A DNA stretch of 63,473 nt, counting the filler, from Hyphochytrium catenoides (Eukaryota > Protista > Hyphochytriomycota): assembly GCA_900088475.1 (NCBI GenBank). It is 9 parts of 9 records of this genome, joined end to end, with 100 filler letters (N's around TTAATTAATTAA, not from the genome) between each part and the next. Parts side by side here need not be neighbours in the genome. Positions count along the whole stretch, not along the records: positions 1 to 15,017 come from FLMG01001967.1; positions 15,118 to 17,217 come from FLMG01002120.1; positions 17,318 to 20,192 come from FLMG01002117.1; positions 20,293 to 23,140 come from FLMG01004550.1; positions 23,241 to 34,092 come from FLMG01000642.1; 4 more parts are not named here. One strand, written 5' to 3'. The number at the start of each line of letters is the position of its first letter. Positions within the stretch are counted from its first letter, which is position 1. Under the pieces are notes generated by a model. That model ran no database searches. It worked only from the letters and a program-made list of their open reading frames with translations, and was not told the origin of the DNA. Below, piece after piece: positions 13,625-26,020 of the stretch. A program made the translations under genes and the position numbers.

Positions 13625-15017
13625 ACGGTTGGCGTCCAGCCGAGCCAACTCTGTCCTCATGTTGTGCTTTACTCTATCCTTCGGCCACCAAGCTCCTTAG
13701 ATGTGCCAAACTAGTGAGATCTATATTATATTGTTCGCTCCCTATCAGACCTGTACTATCGTTGATCTCTCCTGACTTTGAAAAAGTAATATACCTAGAT
13801 GTAACAGTTCTCAAGATACAGCGCTCTGCTAGAGCATCGGTGTTTCACAGCACGCCATGACTTTTAGCTTGAGGCAGCATGCTGGGTGACAGGCAAGATG
13901 CTTCTCTGGGGTCATTGATGGCCGTACTGTCTCTAAGTTAGAGACCCACAGTTGAAAGATGGCGAGTGCGGTGATGTACACCCAAATTTTGTGGTAGCAC
14001 ATCCCGGTAAAGAAGACTTCCTTCTCCCTTGCAATACACATGCCGGATGAGTGATGTGTGGCAGCAGATAGAGCTGATCTTCTACCAAAGCAGACAGTAT
14101 TGACTGTGTCTATCAGTGTCGCTTTCTGAACTGAACTTCAGCCTCAGCATCATCATCACGGTTGCTTTGAAGAAGATCAGCTTTTATCGCAGACAGTAAT
14201 CGGAGTGCACTTTAAGGCTACATACTTTTCTACCACAGGCCCTTCGATTGCACTTCTGGCCAGACATCACGAAGATGCTTGCGAACCAATGCGGCGACCC
14301 CGCTGCGGGCATACTGGCTGCCCAGAAAGACTTTATCACGAAGGTCAAGACCACGGCCTGGCAGCTAACTTATGTGGATCCTGCCAGTACTAACATCTCT
14401 TTCTGCCATTAGACGCCGGGGGGAAAATGATTAAGAAGCAGCAAAAGATAGTGGCTCTTTCTTCAAGATCGCCTCGTTCTGTCGTATATATCCTGAAGGG
14501 AGAGACCTTGTTTGCTTGAGGATAAGGACTATGCCTGAGTGCAGTATGACTGGCAAGAGGAGAGAGCTGAGCTCGCGATGGTAACGAGATATTTTCATTA
14601 GTGGACAGCGACATATTAGCTTTTGTCCTCTTGTAGAGGGAAGCTGAGGCAGAAGAGAAAGACATCTTCCTCTTGCACTTTTGAGTGTCTTCCCAGCGAC
14701 CACTGAAGAGCCGAGAGATTGAGAGACACGGTGGGAAAATGTTACCGCAGGAATGGGCGATGAGACGAAGAGCATCAGGAAGAGAAGTTGTTGAAAGTAA
14801 TCAGTGATGAGCCCTGCTGAGTCTCTGCTCTCTGCTCTACTTCGACAGTGGGAGATCCTCCAAAGTAGTTCAAGAAGAGTGTTGCTGCACACCGGGAACC
14901 ACCGCAGAGATTCCAGTGCGGCAGTGCATGCGAGGACAGAGAGAGAGGAGACAGAATGAGCAAGAGAGAAAAAGTAGCGGGGCTTGAAAGGAGAGAAAGA
15001 GAGAGAAAAGAGAGAGA

Positions 15018-15117
15018 NNNNNNNNNNNNNNNNNNNNNNNNNNNNNNNNNNNNNNNNNNNNTTAATTAATTAANNNNNNNNNNNNNNNNNNNNNNNNNNN
15101 NNNNNNNNNNNNNNNNN
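15018..15117. other. assembly spacer N44-TTAATTAATTAA-N44
   Basis: Stops in all six frames. Identical 12-mer cores at 15062, 17262, 20237, 23185, 34137, 40025, 50948 and 57096. Confidence 0.97.
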
Positions 15118-16659
15118 CTGGTGGAGATACTCTTAGGTAAAACCCTGGCTAAGTGACGGCCTTGATTAATTACCGGTTTCTGGATGGGATGCTCCTGAAC
15201 TAGCGGTGTGTTTGTCTGGGTATGCTAGTTCACAATACTAGAACTACTCTTTGTTAATGTTAAGCCTGTGAAGTTGCCTTCAACCGCTTCAGCTAACGTC
15301 CCCCCCTTCCCCAAAGTACCTACCCTCCTCTTGCTGCTAATAAAGGACTTATAGAACTACCCTGCTTTTTCTGTTCGCTGCCTTCTAGTAGAGATTGGCC
15401 AGAAAAAGAGAGGCAACTGAACAGGAACTACGACGCCACCGCGGTAAATACAAGGCGGAGAGGAGGCCCTTTCCGTAAAGAGAGCGACAGCATCCACGCA
15501 AATGGACTGTTGTCCATCATCTCCCGCCACAAGAAGGCAACAGGCGCACAATGAGTTCCATGCTAACCGGGAACTGCATCATGCTTCTTGCTAAGTGGTA
15601 TTGAGGGCTCTTGACCAGCTGAAGAAGATAGTGACGTGCTAAACTTTCTCATTCCCAAGACAAACAGAGGGGATCCTGCAGTACCAATGCCGATATCCCT
15701 TTATATTAAGACGATAAGCCCTTGCCAGTCCAGCTCAGACTCAAGAAACACCTGCGCGAAGAGCAAGAGACTGAAGGCAAGGTTCCAATGCGCAGGCAGA
15801 CAAATCAGAAGTATCAAAGGGGAACACTAATGAGGACATCCCTCATAATCCTTGAAGTCATGAGAAAGGGCTACTACTATACTACCACGATATCCAACGT
15901 TACGTGAACTCACTTAACCGCACAACACAGAAACAGCAATTCTCAATTCCGCCATGGCATCGCTGCTGAACATTTTGCTTGGTGCTTATTTTCTCTATAG
16001 CTTGTCCTTGATCTCTGCAGCGTGGGTTTTCATTTTACACTTGTCTTCCTGCCGCTCGGGAGTAAGGCAATGGTCGCTAGGTTGCGAAGATTGAGTTCTC
16101 GACAGCACAAGAACAAGACGGACAGCAGGCAACGAACGACTACTGTCAGGGTTGTGACGAATAACCTGACCATCGTCTCACCCACCCTGCCGTGGCTGAC
16201 CAGCTGCTGCTAGGCCTGTTTTGATGACGAATCACCTTCCGATTAGGTAATGGCCGATTAGGTAATGGCCAGCGTCGTCAACGGCAAGAGAAACGATGAA
16301 GGCTCTATTTGGCTCTTACTGGCTACTAAAGTATGGGGGCTAGCTAGCCACCGTCAAAAACATCAAGACCACCTGAAGGATGGGAATGGGGATCTGCTCT
16401 TCATGGTTTCGCGGAGAGTGTATGAGAATGATGGCGAGCGTCTTCCCAGCGTTGCGCACAGCTTTATTGCGGCAATCAATCATATCCTACTCTTAAGTAG
16501 AAGGAGATGTTTTAGCAACCTAGATATGTCACAGTCAACCAAAAAGTCTTGGTTACAGCTAATAAGGTAAAGCCAGGACTTGAGAAGAAGAGAGAGACGA
16601 CGGAACAAGAAGAAGATGAGAGAGGCGAAAGAGGAGAACGAAGCAATAAAACGGGAAAG

Positions 16660-16710
16660 GAGAAGAAGAGTGCAGCCGTCATCGGCGGCGGGCTCATAGG
16701 CTTAGAGGTT
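16660..16710 (+). pseudogene. isolated Rossmann-motif fragment of a flavoprotein disulfide reductase/NirB-like family
   Basis: Reads KSAAVIGGGLIGLE followed by a GT donor-like GTTAGT. No continuing exons recognised. Confidence 0.3.
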
Positions 16711-17581
16711 AGTACTCGTAGTAGAAGCAGCAAGAAAAGCAGCCAATGGACTTGGGCCTGGATACGATGATATGGGTAAAGGTCGATGGCTTATGTCCCA
16801 GCAGCAGGTCTGGACGAGGAAGACCTACGGTATTATGCTCACAATGGCACGCAGGGACAGCGCCAGCAGCAATCAGACAACAGAAAGGATCAGGTCTTCT
16901 CTATATCAAAAAGCTTTGCTCGGCCATCGCAGCGCCAATGCTTGGCTTCTGTGTTTCTGCATTGCAGGATTTGCGAATATGTATGACACAAGTTGGTCCA
17001 GGTAGTCTGGCCCAGTGGCTGCTACAGGAAAAGAGGGACAGCTTCCGATCATGCCTTCCAACCATCACAAAGATTATAACTCGCTTCCAATCAACATCAC
17101 CTCTTCGATAATACCGCATCACCTGTGGCGCGAAAGTATACAACTATTTGGGACATGTTAACCGCTTTATGGAGTACTCATCTACCTTCTTTTTTCCAGT
17201 GGCGGCCTCTCTCCGCTNNNNNNNNNNNNNNNNNNNNNNNNNNNNNNNNNNNNNNNNNNNNTTAATTAATTAANNNNNNNNNNNNNNNNNNNNNNNNNNN
17301 NNNNNNNNNNNNNNNNNAACACCCAAATTCCTCAATTGTGAAAAGTTTGACCTGTCATGAATTCCCTCTACTGACGCTGTGTGGCCAAAAGCCTCTCACA
17401 TAAATATTCAAATGATAAGAGGCTGGCCTATGAGACAAAATTATGCTAGAATCCTTTGCTCAAACTTGAGTTTTCCCGTGAAGGGCTTCTTTTCGTTCGT
17501 CCTTTACTACTTTTCCGTTTCCTCTCAAAAAGAAAGTCCCCGGTTCTGGGTTTTCCTCAGCTATTATTATTGTTCGTTCTA

Positions 17582-17805
17582 GAAACGGCCCGTCCATGAG
17601 TGGATCACGTCATCACTTCCTGCCATGAATGGATCACAAAGCTAATTTTCCCAGACTTAACAATAATCCCGTGGCACCGTTTGAAAGCGCACAGTTAGGG
17701 CTTCAATATGGCGTTTAGAACCCTAAATATTTCCTACAAGTAATTGTTGAGAAGTTATGGGAAGTTCCGTAGCGATCTAAGGCCTTACTCGTGGACGGGC
17801 CCTTC
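17582..17805. mobile_element. MITE-like element with ~20-bp TIRs, flanked by TA
   Basis: Left end TA|GAAACGGCCCGTCCATGAGT; right end ACTCGTGGACGGGCCCTTC|TA. Non-coding interior. Confidence 0.6.
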
Positions 17806-19781
17806 TATCTTCTATTTATATCGTCTATGGCAGTGAAAATTCCTACTTTCTTTCTCCGCGCTCATAATGGTAACGGCTCCTGGTCGATGTGATTACTTGT
17901 TTCTCTATTATTATTTGGGGGAGTGCCATTTGTAGCAGTAGTTATCTGCTTTATTACTGACTCTAGAAGGGAAAAGTATAGAAACTGAAAACAGTAACAC
18001 TGTAGAACTACTGTACGAGGAGGAGATCGAAGGAAAGACTGACAAGAATCATCAGCAAGCCAGAGCGATACAGGCAAGTAATAAAATGGCTTTGGACAAG
18101 ATAATACATAAAAACGATGCACGTCCCACTAGAAGAACTGCGGTAAGAATGAGAAGGTACAGCATGTCGTATAGTCCAATACGAGGTAGGAAGAAAGACT
18201 CATGACAGCAGACTACAGTACGAGTAGTAGCAAGGAAGAAAGAAGAGTAACAGAGAGATATTTATCACGCTCCCATCGCGCCACTTAGGGTTGAGCGCTG
18301 GACGGCGGACTTCTTGTCCCTGACCATCAGGGAGCAGCGATAGAAGAAGAGGAAATCAAAGAACCTTGTTCGTCCTCACAACTGCGAAGAAAGAGAGACG
18401 ATTGTCATCCAGCGGTGAGGAAAAAGAAACAGAATATAGTTCTAGACCCGCCCAAGACACTTGTTGTCTGATGGATGGTCGACCACCGGTGGAAGAGCCA
18501 CTAATAATAATACTACTAACACTATCTAGTTCCACGGCTACATTGTTGACGATCAACCTGGTTTGGCTGCTCAATTTCTCTTACATTAGCAGCAACCCCC
18601 GCCCACCACCCTCACACCAGAGCGAGGACTGACTCGCTATTATGAAAAGGGAGCTAATCAGACTGACGGGCCCATGGTACAGTACGACGCAAGCAACAAC
18701 GAAGAACGGTAGACGCCTGTGACGCTTCCGACTCTCCACCAACGACAGCCATCATCTACTAGTCCAACATCATCCGACGGATAGACCCGCTAAGCAACCT
18801 TATATTATTGTTAAGCTCCCTAATATATATTACTTATAAAACTTATTATGCCAGTACTGCTTGTTGCCTTTGACCCTTGCTGCATCACTGACCGGCTTTG
18901 ACCCTTGCGCCACTGATCCGTTGCAACTAACTCTTCAAATAAACTCTCCTATGCATCGGTCCGCAATGGTTACGTTGGCTTTTTGACTGAGGTAGAATAA
19001 TAGCTTTGCGCTTCTCCGCTGCTACCTGTCCAGGTTGTAGGGTAGGCGAAGAGTTTGTTCCTCTTGTCTGGGAATTGTTTCGGTAGCTTGGATTTGGTGG
19101 ATCGTCTGGCCGAAGTTTGGGAGGAAGTGATGAACCTTCTTCCCTGTGATGCCTCTCCAGAAAGAGGCGGCAGCGGCCTGTCTGCTGGTGCGGCGGCAAT
19201 ATCGAATAATATTAGTAGTGAACTGTCAGGTCTCTTTAGCCATCTACGATCAGATTTGGGCAAGAGATTTTGGAAGGGATCATCCCTTCAGAGTATAATC
19301 TTGCCACTTCTTCTTGTTGTTGACGAAGCTTGACTGATGAGGGCGTTGGGACGACGATGAATCTCTCTCTGTCTCTCCTTTTTCTTTTCTCCTCTTGCTA
19401 ACTTTTCCTTCCTTCCTTTCTTTCTTCTCGTTCTTCTCCTTTCCTTAGCAAGAACTATTAATGATGATCCTCAGCCTTCTTCTCCTTCTTCTTCTCTCCT
19501 TAATATTCTTCCTCTTCTTTCATGGAAGGGACTGTCATCATCACACTAAGAGCAGAACGAAATTGAAAGGTTGCTCAGGAGCCTTCGTCTTCCGTTCTCG
19601 CATACACAGCTGAGACTAACGCCATTTCCCTGGCTGCTTAGCCCTCCTACAACTGGGAAGAGAGGAGCAAAGAGAGAGAGACAGAGAGAGAGAAAGAGAT
19701 AAGACCAAAGAGCGAACGCAGGCCTCTAACGTACAAAAGGAGGCCGCAGAAAGAGAGAAGCGAGTGCCTTTAAGAACGAAG

Positions 19782-20008
19782 ATGCAAAGCTCCTGGCTAC
19801 GACTTCTGCTGGCTGGAATTGCGGCGCACGCTGCTCTCCTGCAGTGTGTCAGCAGATGGGAGTGCCTCCATCATCGGTGGGCAGGAAGCGCCTCCTTTCC
19901 ATTTCTCAGATTAATGGCTGGGAATGCTCCATCCGCGCCTTCTGAATGGCTCTCCCCCTTTCTGTGGAGCGGTCTATATTGGAACGAACTTGGTCCTCAC
20001 CACTGCAC
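19782..20008 (+). pseudogene. trypsin-like (S1) serine protease, disrupted first exon
   Basis: Signal-peptide-like MQSSWLRLLLAGIAA, then a frameshift to SADGSAS-IIGGQEAPPFHFSD*W...FCGAVYIGTNLVLTTA(H), ending at a GTAAG donor (20009). In-frame TAA at 19912. Confidence 0.75.
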
Positions 20009-20292
20009 GTAAGCTCTCTCTCTCTCTCTGTGTGTATCTCTCTCTCTTTTTTCCCCTGCTGTGTGAATCGTATTGCCCTCCGTCTCTAGTTCCGCTTCCT
20101 CTCCTTCCGCTATCCATCCCTCACACAAAGCCTCCACAGCTTCCGTCCATTTCTTCTGTTCTTGTTGGGTTTTCTTTTCTCTCTCTCTCTCTNNNNNNNN
20201 NNNNNNNNNNNNNNNNNNNNNNNNNNNNNNNNNNNNTTAATTAATTAANNNNNNNNNNNNNNNNNNNNNNNNNNNNNNNNNNNNNNNNNNNN

Positions 20293-23140
20293 TGCTGAGC
20301 TTTTTCTTCTCTTCGCCCAAGTTAGCCCAGCAAAGGGACAACAAAAAGAAGAGAAGGAGATGCAAAGACAAGACTTGTGTTCTGCACAAATTCTCTTAAA
20401 GGAGTATGCTGATGTCTTGAGAGATCTTCCTGACAGACTACCTCCCAAGCGTAAAGTGGAGCATCCTATCGATACCATCGCAGGAGCTAAGGAGCCTCAT
20501 CGAGCGCCTTATAGGATGTCTCAGGCTGAGCTGGACGAGCTCAAGCGGCAACTAGAAGAGCTATTACGCAAAGGATGGATTAGTCCAAGTGTCAGTCCTT
20601 ACGGTGCTCCTTGTTTATTTGTTAAGAAGAAAGACGGTTCTTTACGGCTGTGTGTGGACTATCGAGCGCTGAACGAGATCACGGTAAAGGATCGCTTCCC
20701 TCTTCCTCGTGTTGATGATTTATTGGACCGCCTGATAGGAGCCAAGGTTTTCTCTCACATTGACCTGAAGAAAGGTTATCATCAGTTCAGAGTACGAGAG
20801 AAAGATCGCTTTAAAACAGCTTTTGTTACCCGGTACGGTCAATTTGAATGGAATGTACTACCGTTTGGATTGTGCAACGCACCAGCAACATTCTCTCGTG
20901 GTATGCATGAGGTCTTCAGAGATCTACTTGACTCATGCGTGGTCATCTTTTTGGATGATATTCTGGTCTACTCTAAGACAGAAGAGGAGCATGAGCAGCA
21001 TCTACGACTGGTGTTAGAGAAACTTAGGCAGCATCAGCTGTATGCCAATCCAGAAAAGAGCAAATTTTTCCGCTCTGAGGTAGTATTTCTAGGGCACAAG
21101 ATATCAGGAGAAGGCATTCAAGTGGACGAGAGTAAGACTAAAGCAATACAAGACTGGCCCATACCTCAGACAGTTACGGCAGTCAAAGCCTTCTTGGGAC
21201 TTGCTTCTTACTATCGGAAGTTTGTGAGAAACTTCTCACACATTGCCGCACCACTTACGAATCTCACTAGTGTGAAAAAGAGATTCCAGTGGACTCCTGA
21301 GGTAGAGGCGGCTTTCCGCCGGCTCAAGGAAGCCCTGCAGCAGCCTCCCATTCTCCAACTCCCGGACCCCAATAGGCCTTTCTATCTCATGACAGACGCT
21401 TCGGAGTTTGCCATTGGAGCTGTACTCTTACAGGATCAAGGGCAGGGAATGAGGCCTTGTGCCTATCTATCAAGAAAGTTGCAGAATGCGGAGAAGAATT
21501 ATGCAGCTTATGAGCGTGAGTGTCTGGCGATTATTCATGCTCTGAAGTCATGGTCAATTTACCTGGAGGGCCAACACTTCACTATCCTGACGGACCACAG
21601 CTCATTGCAATACCTGAGGTCGCAGCAACGATTGTCAAAGAGACAAGCACGCTGGGTGGAGATATTGCAGGAGCATGACTACGAGATCCGACACATCAAA
21701 GGAGTCAACAATATCATAGCAGATGCTTTATCTCGGCGACCGGACCACCAAGATCTGTCCAGTCTCAACATCTCTACTCTTACGGTTGATGCAGAAACAC
21801 GGAAAAGGATAGTGGAAGGCTACGGCGAGGACACCTACTTTGGTGAGGTAATTGCAGCGCTAAAGGAGAGGACAGGACAACACCGGCTGCAGCGCTTTGC
21901 TCTCCAAGACCAGCTATTGTACTTTGTTGAGGATCCTGATCACCCAAGATTGTGCATACCGAGGGTTGATGATCTCAGAGCGAAGTTGCTTCATGATCAT
22001 CACGATGCCCCAACGGCAGGTCATCCTGGGCGAGATCGGACCTATTCTCTACTCTGTCGAAGCTATTTCTGGCCTAGAATGGCGAAGGATGTGGAAAGAT
22101 ATGTGAGGAGCTGCATCACTTGCCAACAAAGCAAGGCTAGGAACAGTAAAGTGGCAGGACTTTTGCACCCTTTACCAGTGCCCAAGACCCGATGGAGCTC
22201 GATTACAATGGACTTTGTCTTCGATCTTCCACCGTCTCCTGAAGGCTCTGACGGTATTTGGGTTATCCTCGATAGCTTGAGTAAGCAAGGGCACTTTGTG
22301 CCTGTTCGCAAAACGGATGGAGGAGAGGACATTGCTAAGGCTTACATGAAAAACATCTTTCCTCTACACGGCTTACCAGAAACTATCATCTCGGACAGGG
22401 ATCCCAGGTTCATCGGCGACTTCTGGCAACAGCTACAGAAGGCTTGTGGAACCAGAGTGAAGCTCTCGACAGCTTATCACCCTCAGACTGATGGGCAAAG
22501 CGAGAGAGCTATCAGAACGCTGATGGACACCCTTAGATGCTTCGCGACCTACGACCAATCGAAATGGGAGGCAGCTTTACCACTGGTGGAGTTTGCCTAC
22601 AACAGCGCGAAGCATTCAGCCACGGGATTCAGTCCTTTTTATCTCACTTACGGGTATGAGCCACGAGGAGTGGAGTGGCATCATACAAAAGACCAACTGA
22701 CGGAGGTGACCGACCATGCAGTACGACGGTTTGTGGAGCACTTACAAACGGTCACTCTTCAAGCTAGAGAGCGGATACTGGAGACCCAGGAGAGACATGA
22801 ACGCTACGCTAACCAACGCCGTCGCATCGAAGTTTTCCAACCTGACGACTTGGTATGGCTATCTACAGAGCACATCAGAGATGATCTTAATCGTCTGCGG
22901 CCTAGGAGGAAGCTCATACCTAAATGGATTGGTCCCTACCTTATCGCAGAGACTCTTCCTCATGATGTGTATCGTCTACGATTGCCAAAGACGCTCTCCA
23001 AAGTGCATCCTGTTTTCCACGTGTCCCAGTTAAAGCGGTATCACTCGGGACAGCGCTTTGATCAGGAAGAAGAGCCAGACAATGATGCGGACCACAGCGG
23101 GGATAGACCTTTTGTGGACCCTGACACAGGAGAGTTGGTA
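20293..23140 (+). mobile_element. pol: Ty3/gypsy LTR retrotransposon pol (RT-RNaseH-integrase), truncated at both contig ends
   Basis: RT motifs LRLCVDYRALN, FPLPRVDDL, LPFGLCNAPATF and FLDDIL; RNase H TDAS and IADALSR; integrase HDAPTAGHPG..CITC, ITMDF, SDRD, HPQTDGQSER, WIGPY and HPVFHVS. RT-RH-INT order, no internal stops. Confidence 0.97.
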
Positions 23141-23534
23141 NNNNNNNNNNNNNNNNNNNNNNNNNNNNNNNNNNNNNNNNNNNNTTAATTAATTAANNNN
23201 NNNNNNNNNNNNNNNNNNNNNNNNNNNNNNNNNNNNNNNNTCTCTCTCTCTCTCTCTGTTTCACTCTCCTCTCTCTCGTTTCTCTGTTCCTCTGTCTCTT
23301 GTCCTCTCTGACAGGTCTTTGAGGGTCCTTGTATTCGCTAATCTGTGTGGCATTACTTTACGCTTGCATCTGCATCTCTCTCTCTCTCTCTCGGCGTGTG
23401 CCTCTCTCTCCATCTTGTCTCTATTCTCTCTTTTTCTGTCCATACTCTTGCCCGTTCTCTTTCAGACTTTATCAGCCTTTCTTGGTTGGTTGCTCTGAAG
23501 CTCTTTTAACATTCTCTCTTTCTCTCTCCGTTAG

Positions 23535-24130
23535 ATCTACGGACCGAGGAGCAGATTTCCTCTCAGCTCAACCTGATCGATCTCGCTGGGTAGGGACACT
23601 AAAGTCTCTTCTCTCTCTCTCTCTCTTTCTCCCCTTCTCTTTGTCTATCTCGCTCTCTCCCCTCGCCACCTCTCTTCTTCTCTCCTGATATTTCTTTCTC
23701 TTCCCCTCTCTTCTTTGCGTCTCTCTGTCTCTCTCTGTCTCTTTTCTCTCCCTTCTCCTTCTCTTCTCTTCCTCTGTCTCTTATTTTCTGTCTTTATCTT
23801 TGAAAGGTATCTCTTCTCTCTCCCTCTGTCTCTCTCTATTTCTCATTTATCTCTCTCTCTCTCTCTCTCTTTCTCCTTGCCCGCTTCCACCCGGCACTCG
23901 CTAGCTTCTTGTCCCTTTTGTGTGAATGACTTACAATCCTTACTTTTCTCTCAGGTCGGAGAGACTGAAGAAGAGCGAGTCAGAGGGCGATAGACTGAAA
24001 GAGGCGCTCTTCATCAACACGAGCTTAAGCGCTCTAGGCAAGGTACAGAGGGAGAAAGAACAAGCTCTGGGGGAGGGACGGATGGGGAGAGAGAGAGAGA
24101 GAGAGTAGAGAGAGAAACAATGAAAGAAAA

Positions 24131-24166
<36 letters not shown>

Positions 24167-24336
24167 GTTTCCGACAGCAATGAACATGCTTCGCCTCGGC
24201 TCTGTATAGCTTTTAGACCTCCACCTTGAATTGTGCTTCCCTCTCTATGCCACACTCTCTCTTCTCTTTCGCTCTCCTCAACGCTTCTCTCTCCCTTCTC
24301 TCTCTCTCTCTCTTTATTTCTCTCTCTCTCTTGCTT

Positions 24337-24369
<33 letters not shown>

Positions 24370-24915
24370 AAATTCTCCTGCGCAGGTGGTCATGGCGCTT
24401 GATCCGTCAAATCCCAATGCTTATGTTCCTTATAGAGACTCCAAGCTCACAAGATTATTGCAGAATAGCTTAGGTCTGTGAGCTCTCCTCTCCTCTCCTC
24501 TCGGGATCCACTCCGTGTCTCTCTCTCTCTCTTTCCTCTTCCCTGCTTCTCGGTCTCTCCCTTTTTCTTTTTATCTGCGGCTGAATATTCCTCTCTTTCT
24601 CTATCCTCAATTTCAACAAACTCTCCCTCTTCTGGCGTGGAGTCCGGGATTTCCATCCCCTGAAGGAGCAATACTGTCTTGTAGATTCTTTCTTTCTGCT
24701 CTCTTTCTCTCACTCTCATTCTCTCTCTCTCTCCTCTCTCTCTCTTTCTCCTCTCTCCTCTCTCCTCTCTCTATTTATCTATCTATCTATCTATCTCTTC
24801 GTCCTCAGCAGCTTCTAGCGTTGGAAACTATGGTCTCTTTTCTCTACTCATCCCCACTCATTTTGCTGGTATTCTCCTGCCCTCACATCCCCCTCTCTCT
24901 CTCTCTTTCTTTCTT

Positions 24916-24968
<53 letters not shown>

Positions 24969-25978
24969 TCCTCTTCCTCTCCTCTTCTCTCCTCTTCTCT
25001 CTCCGTGCGACTTCTCTGTCTACTATCCCCGGATGCGCAGGTGGTAACTCCTTCACGACGCTGTTGGCCACTGTGCTGCCAATGTCTGAGCATTATGAAG
25101 AGTGCCTTGGGACCCTGCAGTTCGCCAATAGATGCAGAAAAGTTATGAACCAGGTGAAGAGGATACTGAATCAACAATGTCTCTGACTCTCTCTCTGTCC
25201 CTGTGTCTCTCTCTCTCTCTCCCTCTCTCTGTCTCTCTCTCTCTCTCTCTCCGTTCTTTCTCTTTTGGTGTAATCATTTTCTCTCTTGATCTCTCTCTTC
25301 TTGTCTTTCTACTTCCTCTTTCTTCGAAACTCTACTTCTTTCTGTCTCTTTCCAGAGTCTCTCTCTTTTTCTTTCATCCTCCCCTCTCTTTCCTCCCATT
25401 TGACTATTTGGGCTCGTATTTATCTCTCACTCTCGCTCACAAGCGGTTACTAGTCCGCTTCTTATGGGGCTTCTCTCTTTCTCTCTCTCTCGTTCTCTTT
25501 CTCTCTCTCTCATCCTCTTTCTCTCACTCTTTCTCTCTCATCCTCTCTCTCACTCTTCATTCCCTCTCTCTCATTCTCTCTCTCTCTTTCGTCGTGCGGG
25601 TGTCTCTCCCGGTTGCAGCCTCGTGTAAACTATCTTGCCAGCTCTGGTGACGAGAAGGAGAAGAGACTGAGAGCGCTCCATGAAGAAAATTTGCAGCTTC
25701 GGAAGCAGATCCATGGTAAAGGCTCTTTCTCTTGGCCATTTTCCTTGGCATTAAAGCTTTATCCCCCTCAGAATCTCTCTCTCATTCTCTTTTTTTCTCT
25801 CTCTCTTGTCTCTTCTTCTACGCTTATTCCTTGGTGTTTCTCAAATCTCTATCTCCCCTTGATTCCTTTTCTGTCCTTGTTCTTCTCTGTCTCTCTTCCT
25901 CTCCATTCATCTCTGTCTGTTTATCTGTTGCATTCTCTGTTTCTCTCTTCCTTCTGTCAGACCACTCTCGCTTTCTCT

Positions 25979-26020
<42 letters not shown>

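Noticed and set aside
15062-15073. TTAATTAATTAA as a biological motif
   Set aside because: Always centred in exactly 44+44 Ns, so it is an assembly linker.
18300-19333. Short ORFs on both strands
   Set aside because: Frequent stops and no identifiable family; at most a decayed relic.
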